A DNA stretch of 64,000 bases from Promethearchaeota archaeon (GCA_048938385.1 JBHLMG010000001.1:256001-320000), one strand, 5' to 3'. Positions 1-8,382 are shown, numbered from the stretch's first letter. Numbers and translations are program-made. The notes: generated by a model not told the origin, from the letters alone.

Positions 1-1
1 T

Positions 2-40
2 GCAATAGCTGAAGCTGCTGGCTTCGATTTAGTTGGTTGA
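2..40 (+). CDS. 3' end of an unidentified CDS entering the window (...AIAEAAGFDLVG*)
   Basis: Open frame from position 2 to TGA at 38-40; too short to identify. Confidence 0.45.
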   Translation, partial: AIAEAAGFDLVG

Positions 41-245
41 AAGACAAGGATTGGATTTCCCCTTGAGGCAAAGAGTGCACCCTTTCGGAATGAGGTGCTC
101 TACATTCTTCAGCTTTGCTCTGCAACAAAAAACCCAAAACTTGACTGAGCGCCTATCAGAGAACATAATACTTTAGTAACTCGGTGTTAGGAAAAAACAT
201 AAACTTGTTAGGATAGGTTGGGCTATGTGAAGGGGTCTTAGGGTA

Positions 246-1067
246 ATGACTGTTCATAGTTTCTATGTGATAGGGCTTCGCGAAGGCTTCCCATTATACA
301 GCCGGAAATGGACCCGCTCTGATGTAGATAGTGCGCTTCTCTCGGGATTTCTGGCTAGTATGGAGCACATGGCCCAACAGGTAGCGGCGGATCATGTCAA
401 TGTGGTAAACCTCAAAAACCGTCGTTTCTTCTTCCAAATTGACGAACCTAATGGGCTCCTCCTCGTATTTGTCACTGATTTAAGTGAAAGTCTAGCCCGG
501 TTTCGTAAATATCTCTCTCTCCTCAATAAACAGTTTGTGAAACTGTTTCGTAAGGAAATTGCAGAGCTTCATAAGAAAGGGACCACGGATACAACGCTTT
601 TTAACAGCTTTGATGAATTCATTGATAACCTCGTCCTCACTTGGTGGATGGGCGAGTTCACTGTTTCTGCTGCAAAAGTTATGGATGTCTTTGAAATTTT
701 TACGCTTTTTTTCAACACGGTACTCCAGCAATTCCTTACAGATGTTTCCCGTCGTACTTACGAGAGCGAAATTCAATCCATTCTCAAGTCCAATAGTAAA
801 AAAATTCCTGCACTCAAAGGCTTTCATATGGACCCAACTGGCGTCGTTAACTACGATTCTATTGATCCGCAGCAAATTAAATATTCCCGGCTCCGTCAAG
901 TATTATTCGACATATTCCATGAGCTCCTTCTCCTTGCCCGGAAGACTATGCCCAAACAAACTTACCAATCCTTAGTCTTTAAACACATAAGCCCTTTAAT
1001 CAGCACAGAACAAGATCGTCTTAAAACCTATGCGCTAACTGAAAAAATAGTGATGGAGATTCTATGA
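246..1067 (+). CDS. Longin-like N-terminal domain protein with a helical C-terminal domain
   Basis: N-terminal pattern 'FYVIG..EGFPLYSR...SALLSGFLASMEHMAQQV....NVVNLKNRRFFF' is typical of longin/AP-sigma folds; ATGA overlap with the downstream GTPase. Confidence 0.7.
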   Translation: MTVHSFYVIGLREGFPLYSRKWTRSDVDSALLSGFLASMEHMAQQVAADHVNVVNLKNRRFFFQIDEPNGLLLVFVTDLSESLARFRKYLSLLNKQFVKLFRKEIAELHKKGTTDTTLFNSFDEFIDNLVLTWWMGEFTVSAAKVMDVFEIFTLFFNTVLQQFLTDVSRRTYESEIQSILKSNSKKIPALKGFHMDPTGVVNYDSIDPQQIKYSRLRQVLFDIFHELLLLARKTMPKQTYQSLVFKHISPLISTEQDRLKTYALTEKIVMEIL

Positions 1068-1618
1068 GTAATCCTGTTGAAAGCTCAACTCAACCTATCA
1101 CCGCCCATCGCCCTTATACACACATTGCTAAAGCCGTCGTCGTCGGTGATGCAGCCGTTGGGAAAACAAGTCTTCTTGTCCGTTATGTGAAAGGTGTATT
1201 TAATCCAACTTATGTACTCACAATTGGCGTCGCTTTTAATATCAAAGACATCGTCGTTGGTGAAAATGTCTTACGGATGCAGATATGGGACACCGGAGGT
1301 CAGGAACGATTTGGGCCAATTCGTCAACTCTACTATCGAGGAACAAAGGGCGTCCTCATGGTTTACGATCTTTCTAACGCCAGATCCTTTGAGCGTATGG
1401 AATATTGGCTTAAAGAGGTAAAACGGGGATGTGGGAAAGTACCAAAGGTTCTCGTAGGGAATAAAGCAGATCTCCCGGCAAAAGTGCCTGTCAAGGAAGC
1501 CCGGAAATTTGCAGAAGAAAATTCTATGTATTTTGTGGAAACAAGTGCGAAAGAGGATCAGAATGTTGACTTGGCATTCAACGAGCTGGCAAAATCCATC
1601 CTCAATGCAGTTGTGTAA
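1064..1618 (+). CDS. Rab-like small GTPase
   Basis: G1 GDAAVGKT, G2 TIGV, G3 WDTGGQERF, G4 NKAD, G5 ETSAK; RabF-like IGVAF and YYRG; no C-terminal prenylation Cys. Confidence 0.95.
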   Translation: MSNPVESSTQPITAHRPYTHIAKAVVVGDAAVGKTSLLVRYVKGVFNPTYVLTIGVAFNIKDIVVGENVLRMQIWDTGGQERFGPIRQLYYRGTKGVLMVYDLSNARSFERMEYWLKEVKRGCGKVPKVLVGNKADLPAKVPVKEARKFAEENSMYFVETSAKEDQNVDLAFNELAKSILNAVV

Positions 1619-1650
1619 TGACACATCAAGAAGCATTAAGGTATCGGCTC

Positions 1651-2280
1651 TCAACCTTTGTCCAAAAGAGTGAGAATTGCAGCAAAAGTACCCAACTTAG
1701 CAGAGATTCGACTTGAACCTGAACCGATGATGAGGACATCTCCGGTTTCAATGTCGAAGGGGTTGAGAATTATTGTGAGATCATCCTTCTGAATCCTGTG
1801 ATCTTTTACCATAAGAACGGTATCTAGATCTTGATCTTGGATGAATGTTGTAGCACCACTTGCTCCTGCTTGCATAGCTGCATCTCGTTGTAAAACGCCA
1901 TCGGTGACTAAGTATGCTAATTGGCGAAGGTGGCAACCGTAATTGTAGATATCAACAGTGTAACTACTCTGGGGGAGTTCTACAAGATTAATCAATGTAT
2001 GGCTCAAAACTTCACAGTGCTGTTTCCCCTCGATGGAGAGTCGGTGACCTTGCCGATTTACTGGCTCTATTAACCCTTGGGCTCGAAGAAAACGGATTAG
2101 TGATCGAATGCTTCCTCCTCCAAGTCCAAGGTCAGAGCCTAGTTGGTACCGACCAAGAGGCGAAGTACTTTGACAAAAAGTGTAGAAGGCTGCAAGAAGG
2201 TGCCAACGGAAAAAGTGGGTAGGAGGTCCCTGTCGGGTATCGGTATTCAAAAGTTTGGTAATCTCCATGAAAATCTTCAA
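1651..2280 (-). CDS. Winged-HTH + DUF4443-like archaeal transcription regulator
   Basis: HTH 'LGRYQLGSDLGLGGGSIRSLIRFL' plus 'QRDAAMQAGASGATT' motif. Confidence 0.7.
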   Translation of the reverse strand: MKIFMEITKLLNTDTRQGPPTHFFRWHLLAAFYTFCQSTSPLGRYQLGSDLGLGGGSIRSLIRFLRAQGLIEPVNRQGHRLSIEGKQHCEVLSHTLINLVELPQSSYTVDIYNYGCHLRQLAYLVTDGVLQRDAAMQAGASGATTFIQDQDLDTVLMVKDHRIQKDDLTIILNPFDIETGDVLIIGSGSSRISAKLGTFAAILTLLDKG

Positions 2281-2307
2281 CCTTCCTACAGTGGTATGCG
2301 ATCAAAT

Positions 2308-2919
2308 CTACTTGTTAGTTTCTATTACATCTTCATGAAGCCGAAATTGGCTCTGTTGAAGCTGGTAGGTTGCTCGTGTTATTGGTTGGGTAAGCAAAGC
2401 GAAGAGGACGGCGTTACTGAGAATATGAAGTATCATAAAGGGGAGTCCTGTGAAGAACGCGATCATGAATGGTATGTGAAAACTTAGGCTATATGCAAAA
2501 TTGGTTGCCAGATCATAGAAACTTGTTAGAAGTATACCAAACAGAGCTGGTAATAAAAGCCATCGGCTATCTGCGTAATTGAGCCTTCGCAGGCCTTTTC
2601 CGACGATGCCGCCTACAATTCCTATAAAACTGGTGCATCCAATTACAACCAGTCCGATTGTTGGAATGAAAGCTCCCCAGGGATTCCAAAGCTGATAGAT
2701 TATCATGGCAATACCGCCTGCGAAGGCACCAATCAAAGGTCCAAAGAGGAACCCACTCAGAAATACCATGATTGATGAAAGTTCGACATTCGGAATTCCA
2801 GAAAGAGCGTAATTACCAGCAATCGCCAAAGCCGCAAATACGGCAATTAATGCGACTCTAATAACCACAGAACTTCTAGGAGTAAGCCCTTCTTTATTAC
2901 CACTTTTCAAGGCAATCAA
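2308..2919 (-). CDS. ECF transporter S component (CbrT-like, probably cobalamin)
   Basis: Multi-TM protein with 'IPNVE' motif; in an operon with a DUF4430 gene. Confidence 0.75.
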   Translation of the reverse strand: MIALKSGNKEGLTPRSSVVIRVALIAVFAALAIAGNYALSGIPNVELSSIMVFLSGFLFGPLIGAFAGGIAMIIYQLWNPWGAFIPTIGLVVIGCTSFIGIVGGIVGKGLRRLNYADSRWLLLPALFGILLTSFYDLATNFAYSLSFHIPFMIAFFTGLPFMILHILSNAVLFALLTQPITRATYQLQQSQFRLHEDVIETNK

Positions 2920-3650
2920 TCCTTTTTAGCTCGTAGGCGTTTTACTAGGATGTATAAGGCAGTGATAGTGATAATCGTCGTTAGAATTGCCATGAATACC
3001 AAAGTGGTTAGGCTGGTTGGAGTTTGCGTAAAGCTGATGAATTCAATTCCCAAATGGTAATCATTGAGAAAGAAAAATTCTGTGTAACCAGTAAGTAGAA
3101 TTCCTGTGTTCAAATCATAGACCAATGTCGTATTTTGATTACCCCATTGACCTTGATGATAAATGTAAGATTTCGTAGTTGAAGTTGTGCGAATATCTAA
3201 ACTCCCATTCATGTAGAAGCTTGCGGCCGCGTCAGTTGCGGCTTGGTCAACAGAATCCCAAGCAAGATGAGATACCAGTCCAGGGAACCAGGGCCATATG
3301 CTGAAAACAACTTCTGCAGCGATTCGTGAATCATTGGTTGGAAGAGAAAGGTTACCAATAGTGAACAAACCATGTAACTCATCATTTGTGACTTCTTGAA
3401 TTTCAAAGGTGAGTGATTGGCCTGCTTGAGCATGCCATAATGTTCCTGAGCCAAAGCCAAATTCGACGACTTCAGTTGTCACATTGGTTATTCGCCAGTG
3501 AAGTTTCGGCATACTATAGGCATTCGGATAAAGCCCTTGTGCGTGGGAACGGGTTTGCGCGGTGGCTGGTTGGGTCCACAACAGAATGATCGATAGGGCA
3601 AAAATGAATGTAACTGCAAGTGTAGGTTTTGCTTTCATAGACTGGCTCAC
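2916..3650 (-). CDS. Secreted protein with a C-terminal membrane anchor
   Basis: Signal peptide, beta-rich body, C-terminal TM and basic tail; overlaps both neighbours. Confidence 0.7.
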   Translation of the reverse strand: MSQSMKAKPTLAVTFIFALSIILLWTQPATAQTRSHAQGLYPNAYSMPKLHWRITNVTTEVVEFGFGSGTLWHAQAGQSLTFEIQEVTNDELHGLFTIGNLSLPTNDSRIAAEVVFSIWPWFPGLVSHLAWDSVDQAATDAAASFYMNGSLDIRTTSTTKSYIYHQGQWGNQNTTLVYDLNTGILLTGYTEFFFLNDYHLGIEFISFTQTPTSLTTLVFMAILTTIITITALYILVKRLRAKKD

Positions 3651-4177
3651 CGCATTTTATAATAGACGATAGAAGCTGTAATGACTACAATTACACCAAC
3701 AACGCCAATTAATCCGAGACCTGCAAATAATTCGAGGTTAAGGGTTGGGGACGTCGGATGGGTGCTCTCAGGAGCGCAATATTTCCATAAAACTCGATCC
3801 CCGTCTGAGAGTACGAAATTATCGGCTGCAACCGGAGCGAGCTCATCATTTACCCAATATTGCCAATAGTATCCATTACCATTAGCGTCGTTTTCAACAT
3901 CATTAATCGCTGTGATGAATTTTCCAAAGGCATACTGGATGAAGGTTACTGTAGTTGTTTGATTGAGGATGTCAAAAACCGTGTCACCAACTAGGCTGGA
4001 AAATGTTTGTTGGGTCGAGTTGCCGTAATCGATGATTTGTTCCAAATTTATGGCAACCTTATCAGTATTCGTTGCGTTCGCAGAAGAAGAAAAGTACATG
4101 CTAATATTGACCACAAAACAGAGCAAGCAAATAACGAGCAACACGCGAAAAATCTGTTTTGTCAAACTCCGCTGCAC
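3647..4177 (-). CDS. DUF4430 / transcobalamin C-terminal-like binding protein, membrane anchored
   Basis: 'FGKFITAINDV...YWQYWVNDE..PVAADNFVLSDGDRVLWKY' signature; N- and C-terminal TMs. Confidence 0.8.
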   Translation of the reverse strand: MQRSLTKQIFRVLLVICLLCFVVNISMYFSSSANATNTDKVAINLEQIIDYGNSTQQTFSSLVGDTVFDILNQTTTVTFIQYAFGKFITAINDVENDANGNGYYWQYWVNDELAPVAADNFVLSDGDRVLWKYCAPESTHPTSPTLNLELFAGLGLIGVVGVIVVITASIVYYKMR

Positions 4178-4269
4178 CGTAGGATAAAATATCCTACGAT
4201 TATTAAAAAGCTTCCCATCACCAACGATGCCCTCATTTGTAGTTCACAACAACTCCATTTGAGTGAAGC

Positions 4270-5754
4270 CTAATGCTGTAGTGCTGTTGTAAGGAACTCT
4301 ACCAGTTTGCTAATTTTAACAAGCTGTTCGTCACCGCTTTTCATGTCACGGATCTTAACTGCGTTCTCTTCCAATTCTCGGGGTCCAATGATGGCTGCAA
4401 GTGGAATCTGTCGTTTACTTGCATCTTCTAGATGTTTAGTCAGTGACCATGAAAATCCGTTGAAAATCGTCCGGATTTTGGATGTTCGCAGCTGAGTTGC
4501 GATATCTCGACAAGCTGTTAATTGCTTCTTGGACACCGGAGCTAAGTAGACATCAGCTTGTGGAACCGGTGGTGGAAATAACTTTTTTTCCTCTGCAATT
4601 TCTAAAATTACGGTTTCACCAAAACCAAATCCTGTCCCAGGTAGTCGCTGTCCCCCAAATATTCCCACGAGATCATCATAGCGACCACCTCCGGCAATTG
4701 CCCTGGGTATCCCTTTTCCTTGATCCCATGCCTCGAAAACGATGCCTGTGTAGTAATCGAGACCCCGAGCAATTCCTGCATCGAATTCGCAACAATCCTC
4801 AATACCCAATTCTTCTAATTGTTTGGCTAGTTGTTTCAAAGGTACAAGATTTTTCTTAGTAGACTCATCAAGAGCAGGTTTGTTCATGGCTTCAAGGAAC
4901 TCTCTTGGCGTTCCCCGAATGCCTGAGAAATCAACGAGCTGTTCAGCTGCTTGCTTAGGAACCTTCAACTTCTTCAGTCTAGTAATTAGCGCTTCACGCT
5001 GAAGTTCTGGAAGCGAGGTCTTTAACTCTTCGACTTGCCTTGAACGAGGAAGTTTGAGATCTACTTGTTGTTTTCCAGCATAGAAATGCCGAAGTTTCAA
5101 CGCCCTGTCTTCTGCCTTCTTCCGTGGCATACCATCCTTTGTGAGTTTATCGATAATGGCTTCTTGTAAGAGTTTTTCGCGCTGATCCAAGACGCGAATG
5201 ATTTCGATGTAGTTGGTCAGTCCGAGTGATTCGATATAACTTTGGATTAAGCGACGGTCATTAATTCGAATTACAAAGTCTTTCACTGTGAAACCAAGGC
5301 TCAGGATGATAGCAGCTAATACATTAATGACTTCAGCATCTGCGGCAACATCTTCTGTTCCTAAGATATCGACATTCAATTGCCAAAATTCCTTGACGCG
5401 ACCTCGTTGAAGGGTCTCATCCCGGAAAACCCGTGAAATTGAAAACCATCGAATGGGGCGTGGGTAATATTGCTGCTGCGCGGACAGCATACGTGCAAGA
5501 GAGGGTGTTGTTTCAGGACGAAGAACAAGCTGTCGTTTCTTTCGATCAGTCACTTTGAAGGTTTCATCTACTAGCGAAGGTCCTGATTTAAGCTGATACA
5601 GTTCTATTGGCTCGACAATCGGGCACTCGTATTCGATGTAACCAAATAGCTTGGGAATTTCACGAAAGGCTTGAAGTATCCGATCAACCTTTTGATAGAG
5701 TTCTGGATAATAATCTCGGAATCCACCAATCGCCAGTTCTTTCCCGCGTTTCAT
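4270..5754 (-). CDS. hisS: Histidine--tRNA ligase (start moved to ATG 5754; the longer ORF runs into the tRNA)
   Basis: GGFRDYYP, LRPETT, FRDE..QRGR..EFWQ, RGLDYYTG, GGGRYD and an anticodon-binding domain. Confidence 0.97.
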   Translation of the reverse strand: MKRGKELAIGGFRDYYPELYQKVDRILQAFREIPKLFGYIEYECPIVEPIELYQLKSGPSLVDETFKVTDRKKRQLVLRPETTPSLARMLSAQQQYYPRPIRWFSISRVFRDETLQRGRVKEFWQLNVDILGTEDVAADAEVINVLAAIILSLGFTVKDFVIRINDRRLIQSYIESLGLTNYIEIIRVLDQREKLLQEAIIDKLTKDGMPRKKAEDRALKLRHFYAGKQQVDLKLPRSRQVEELKTSLPELQREALITRLKKLKVPKQAAEQLVDFSGIRGTPREFLEAMNKPALDESTKKNLVPLKQLAKQLEELGIEDCCEFDAGIARGLDYYTGIVFEAWDQGKGIPRAIAGGGRYDDLVGIFGGQRLPGTGFGFGETVILEIAEEKKLFPPPVPQADVYLAPVSKKQLTACRDIATQLRTSKIRTIFNGFSWSLTKHLEDASKRQIPLAAIIGPRELEENAVKIRDMKSGDEQLVKISKLVEFLTTALQH

Positions 5755-5806
5755 CGTTGTCAACTCGCCAGCCAATCTCGTAAATATCCACATTGACATT
5801 GAAAAA

Positions 5807-5962
5807 TGGTGCCGGGACAGGGATTCGAACCCCGACCTAAAGCTTTCCGTATCCCAATTACAATGGGATTCCACAGGCTTCAATGCTGCCATTGCGCCTG
5901 GGCGTACATTACCAGTTTACACCATCGGGAGCCAATCAATTCTTGATCGGCCTTATCCCGGC
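5807..5962 (-). tRNA. tRNA-His(GUG) with three introns (5924-5954 at 8/9; 5892-5916 at 15/16; 5845-5870 at 37/38), CCA encoded
   Basis: Acceptor GCCGGGA/TCCCGGC, T-arm CGGGG-TTCGAAT-CCCTG, anticodon arm GAAGC-CTGTGGA-GCTTT; each intron has a 3-4-3 BHB motif; spliced product is 74 nt. Confidence 0.92.
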
Positions 5963-6144
5963 ACGGTGACCCGGCACGAGGGATTGTTGAGACGAACTCT
6001 TCCACAAAAACCTTTCCTATCTTTCCCTTCAAGTCAACCGTTGTAGGACTTTCTAGTACGGTGCTTGTTGCTGCTGAGGTGGGTGAAAACAGCGAAGCGG
6101 GTTCTGCTTCATCGATATTGAAACGATGACCCTGTCAGGCAAGG

Positions 6145-6453
6145 CTAAGCGATATCAATATTGTCGGAGGGAAATCCTAAATCACCAAGAATCCCTTTGA
6201 TGTTGTGCCGATGATCGCCCTGAAGGACGATGATTCCTTCTTTAGCGCTACCACCACATGCGCACTTCATTTTGAGCTTCGTGACAAGCTCTGAAAGCGA
6301 GATGTCTCGGCTGTTAATACCTTCAATTAGGGTGACTTCCCGCCCCCATTTCCTCCGCTCGACACTTACTTTAATTCGTTGCTCTGTCTTCGCCAATTCC
6401 TGGCAGCGACAAATATCTTTGGGCAAACTGCAAATAGGGCAAATTTCTGACAT
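6145..6453 (-). CDS. sui1: Translation initiation factor aIF1 (SUI1)
   Basis: CPICSLPKDICRC, LKMKCACGGS, IVLQGDHR. Confidence 0.95.
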   Translation of the reverse strand: MSEICPICSLPKDICRCQELAKTEQRIKVSVERRKWGREVTLIEGINSRDISLSELVTKLKMKCACGGSAKEGIIVLQGDHRHNIKGILGDLGFPSDNIDIA

Positions 6454-6563
6454 TATACGCCTCGTTAAGTTCTATGTTAGGGGTTATCCAATTATAACCT
6501 TATAAAATCTTATGCAAAACCGGTTCTGTACTGTTTAATAGTATTTCTGTGCGAGTAGAATGT

Positions 6564-6779
6564 TTAGCGTGCCGTGAGCTTTTTGATAATTTGAGGGCGT
6601 TCCTTATACATTATTCTGGCGCCACAAAACGGGCATTTACTAGACGGTAAAGTTGTAGCAAAAGGTTTGCCACAATGTGGACAGCGATTGCTAGGGGGCA
6701 TGGAAGGAACAGGAGTTTGGCAATAGGGACATGAAAGTGTTTTTCCGCATTTCGCGCATCGGAATGTCATTAAGGGCAC
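6564..6779 (-). CDS. rpoP: RNA polymerase subunit P/Rpo12-like, with an extra inserted zinc ribbon
   Basis: FRCAKCG...CPFCGARIMYKERPQIIKKLTAR C-terminus; two extra CxxC pairs in between. Confidence 0.8.
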   Translation of the reverse strand: MPLMTFRCAKCGKTLSCPYCQTPVPSMPPSNRCPHCGKPFATTLPSSKCPFCGARIMYKERPQIIKKLTAR

Positions 6780-6848
6780 CTAAAACGTGATTCTGTATGT
6801 AACGGCATCGCGTGTCGGTTAATAAGTGTTGCTCAGTTATAGCACGCC

Positions 6849-6962
6849 TTAAGGGGTTAGAGGAAGGCTCAGGAGGAGAATGCTCACGACAACACTGCCA
6901 ATTATCAGGAATAGGAGAATTATGGCAAACAACATACTTTGACTCTTTTTCTTCAATCTCAA
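6849..6962 (-). CDS. Unannotated single-TM micro-protein (M)RLKKKSQSMLFAIILLFLIIGSVVVSILLLSLPLTP (28-37 aa depending on start)
   Basis: TTG overlaps the Get3 stop; AGGTGA SD-like sequence precedes a second TTG at 6956; basic patch followed by an uncharged hydrophobic stretch; TAA at 6849-6851. Confidence 0.6.
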   Translation of the reverse strand: MRLKKKSQSMLFAIILLFLIIGSVVVSILLLSLPLTP

Positions 6963-7936
6963 TCACCTTGAGGGAGTGAACCGGTGCCAAGTAATTGGGA
7001 TAGCTGGCTCAGGGAGGAAATACCACGAATTTCGTTAGGAAACAAAGGAACTTCAGTGATGGTGAAATCATCATAGGTATCATGAATTTGGGTAAGGTAT
7101 TGCTGTTGCATGGTTTTTCGGGCTCGACAAAAACTACAATCTGGAATATCTGGAAAAAGCATGTTGACAATGATGTGACTGCTTGGGATTTCAAACTCAT
7201 AAAGAGCTTGTAAAAGTCTTTCAGTTTCAGCTACTGCCATGGCTTCAGGGATCATAACAATGACAAAGCTTGTTCGTGAAGGATTACTTAGTTCCGTTCG
7301 TGACATGGAAATATTCTTTTTGAGTTGTTCAAGCTGTTCAAGCGATTTATCTTCCTCAGAGTCTCCACGACCAAAGACGGATTTCAAGCGTCCGAAGATT
7401 TTACTAAATCTCAATCGGAGTTTGATGATTTTTCCAAAAAAACTATCCAGCATTTCTGGAAGCCCTAGTAACCTAAGTGTATGTCCTGTGGGTGCAGTGT
7501 CGAAGATCACCAAATCATACTCGCATTCCTGAATGAATTCAAGAACTTTAGAGAATGCTAAGGCCTCATCAGCTCCTGGGGCATTCATATCCATAAGATC
7601 GTCAAAGCCCATCATTCCCCCCATTGGACCCAGGTCAACTGGTTCTGATTGCCGTGTTACTTCTTTATACTCTTCAAAGGCTTTCTGTGGATTTATCTCC
7701 ATTCCATAGAGATTCCTTACTCCCTTGATAGGAATTACTTCGCCTCCGCTAAGGTTCTGATCGAAACTGTCACTCAAACTATGCGCTGGATCCGTACTGA
7801 TGACCAGCGTTTCACGTCCATGTTCTGCTGTCCATAATGCTGAGGCAGCAGCACTACTTGTTTTACCTACACCACCTTTCCCGCCAAAAAGAAGGAACCG
7901 TAATGACTCTTTGTCAAGCAATTCACTGAGGGTCAT
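6959..7936 (-). CDS. Get3/TRC40/ArsA-family ATPase (single-domain, Get3-like)
   Basis: GGKGGVGKT, STDPAHSL, DTAPTGHTLRLL, Met-rich groove segment, C-terminal CSFC. Confidence 0.92.
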   Translation of the reverse strand: MTLSELLDKESLRFLLFGGKGGVGKTSSAAASALWTAEHGRETLVISTDPAHSLSDSFDQNLSGGEVIPIKGVRNLYGMEINPQKAFEEYKEVTRQSEPVDLGPMGGMMGFDDLMDMNAPGADEALAFSKVLEFIQECEYDLVIFDTAPTGHTLRLLGLPEMLDSFFGKIIKLRLRFSKIFGRLKSVFGRGDSEEDKSLEQLEQLKKNISMSRTELSNPSRTSFVIVMIPEAMAVAETERLLQALYEFEIPSSHIIVNMLFPDIPDCSFCRARKTMQQQYLTQIHDTYDDFTITEVPLFPNEIRGISSLSQLSQLLGTGSLPQGD

Positions 7937-8001
7937 ACTTTACGAATCTCCATATATTGATTCGATAAGTAAATGATACTTATCTAATTACCTCGTTATT
8001 A

Positions 8002-8382
8002 TCAGGGAATGGAAGGCACTAAAAGTGTGCCCACCATATACATCGTGTAGAAGGTAACCACAAAAACTGCTACAAGCGTCACAACACCGATAACGAGTTT
8101 TGAATATCGCATTCGCATTAATCCACCGATGAGACCAACGAACATGAGAACAAGAATAGCAAGAAATGTGGCGACTGCATCCCATGTTGGTATAAAGATA
8201 ATAACATCAATTAAGATCGTCCAAGGGTAGAATCCATAGCTTCGTCCCAGCAATAAATACCCCAAAGCTCCACCAAAGATGATGAATAAAATCGTAGCTA
8301 GGGGGTCAAGGGGTTCATGCTCTTCGGGTCGGTCATCTAGACTCGCTTCATTTATCATATCCATGATCGGACTATTCTCCAA
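8002..8382 (-). CDS. Small multi-pass membrane protein
   Basis: Acidic N-terminus and 3-4 hydrophobic segments; same operon as Get3. Confidence 0.7.
   Translation of the reverse strand: MENSPIMDMINEASLDDRPEEHEPLDPLATILFIIFGGALGYLLLGRSYGFYPWTILIDVIIFIPTWDAVATFLAILVLMFVGLIGGLMRMRYSKLVIGVVTLVAVFVVTFYTMYMVGTLLVPSIP

Noticed and set aside
70-112. Hairpin after the first TGA as a possible SECIS element or ncRNA
   Set aside because: Short imperfect stem, no convincing SECIS core, and no sign the TGA is recoded; more likely a 3' UTR structure
5755-5892. N-terminal extension of the 540-aa hisS ORF
   Set aside because: It reads through the tRNA-His gene; HisRS similarity begins near ATG 5754
6691-6990. 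99-aa minus-strand ORF
   Set aside because: Overlaps get3 and rpoP in another frame with no recognisable features; the TM micro-ORF explains the gap better
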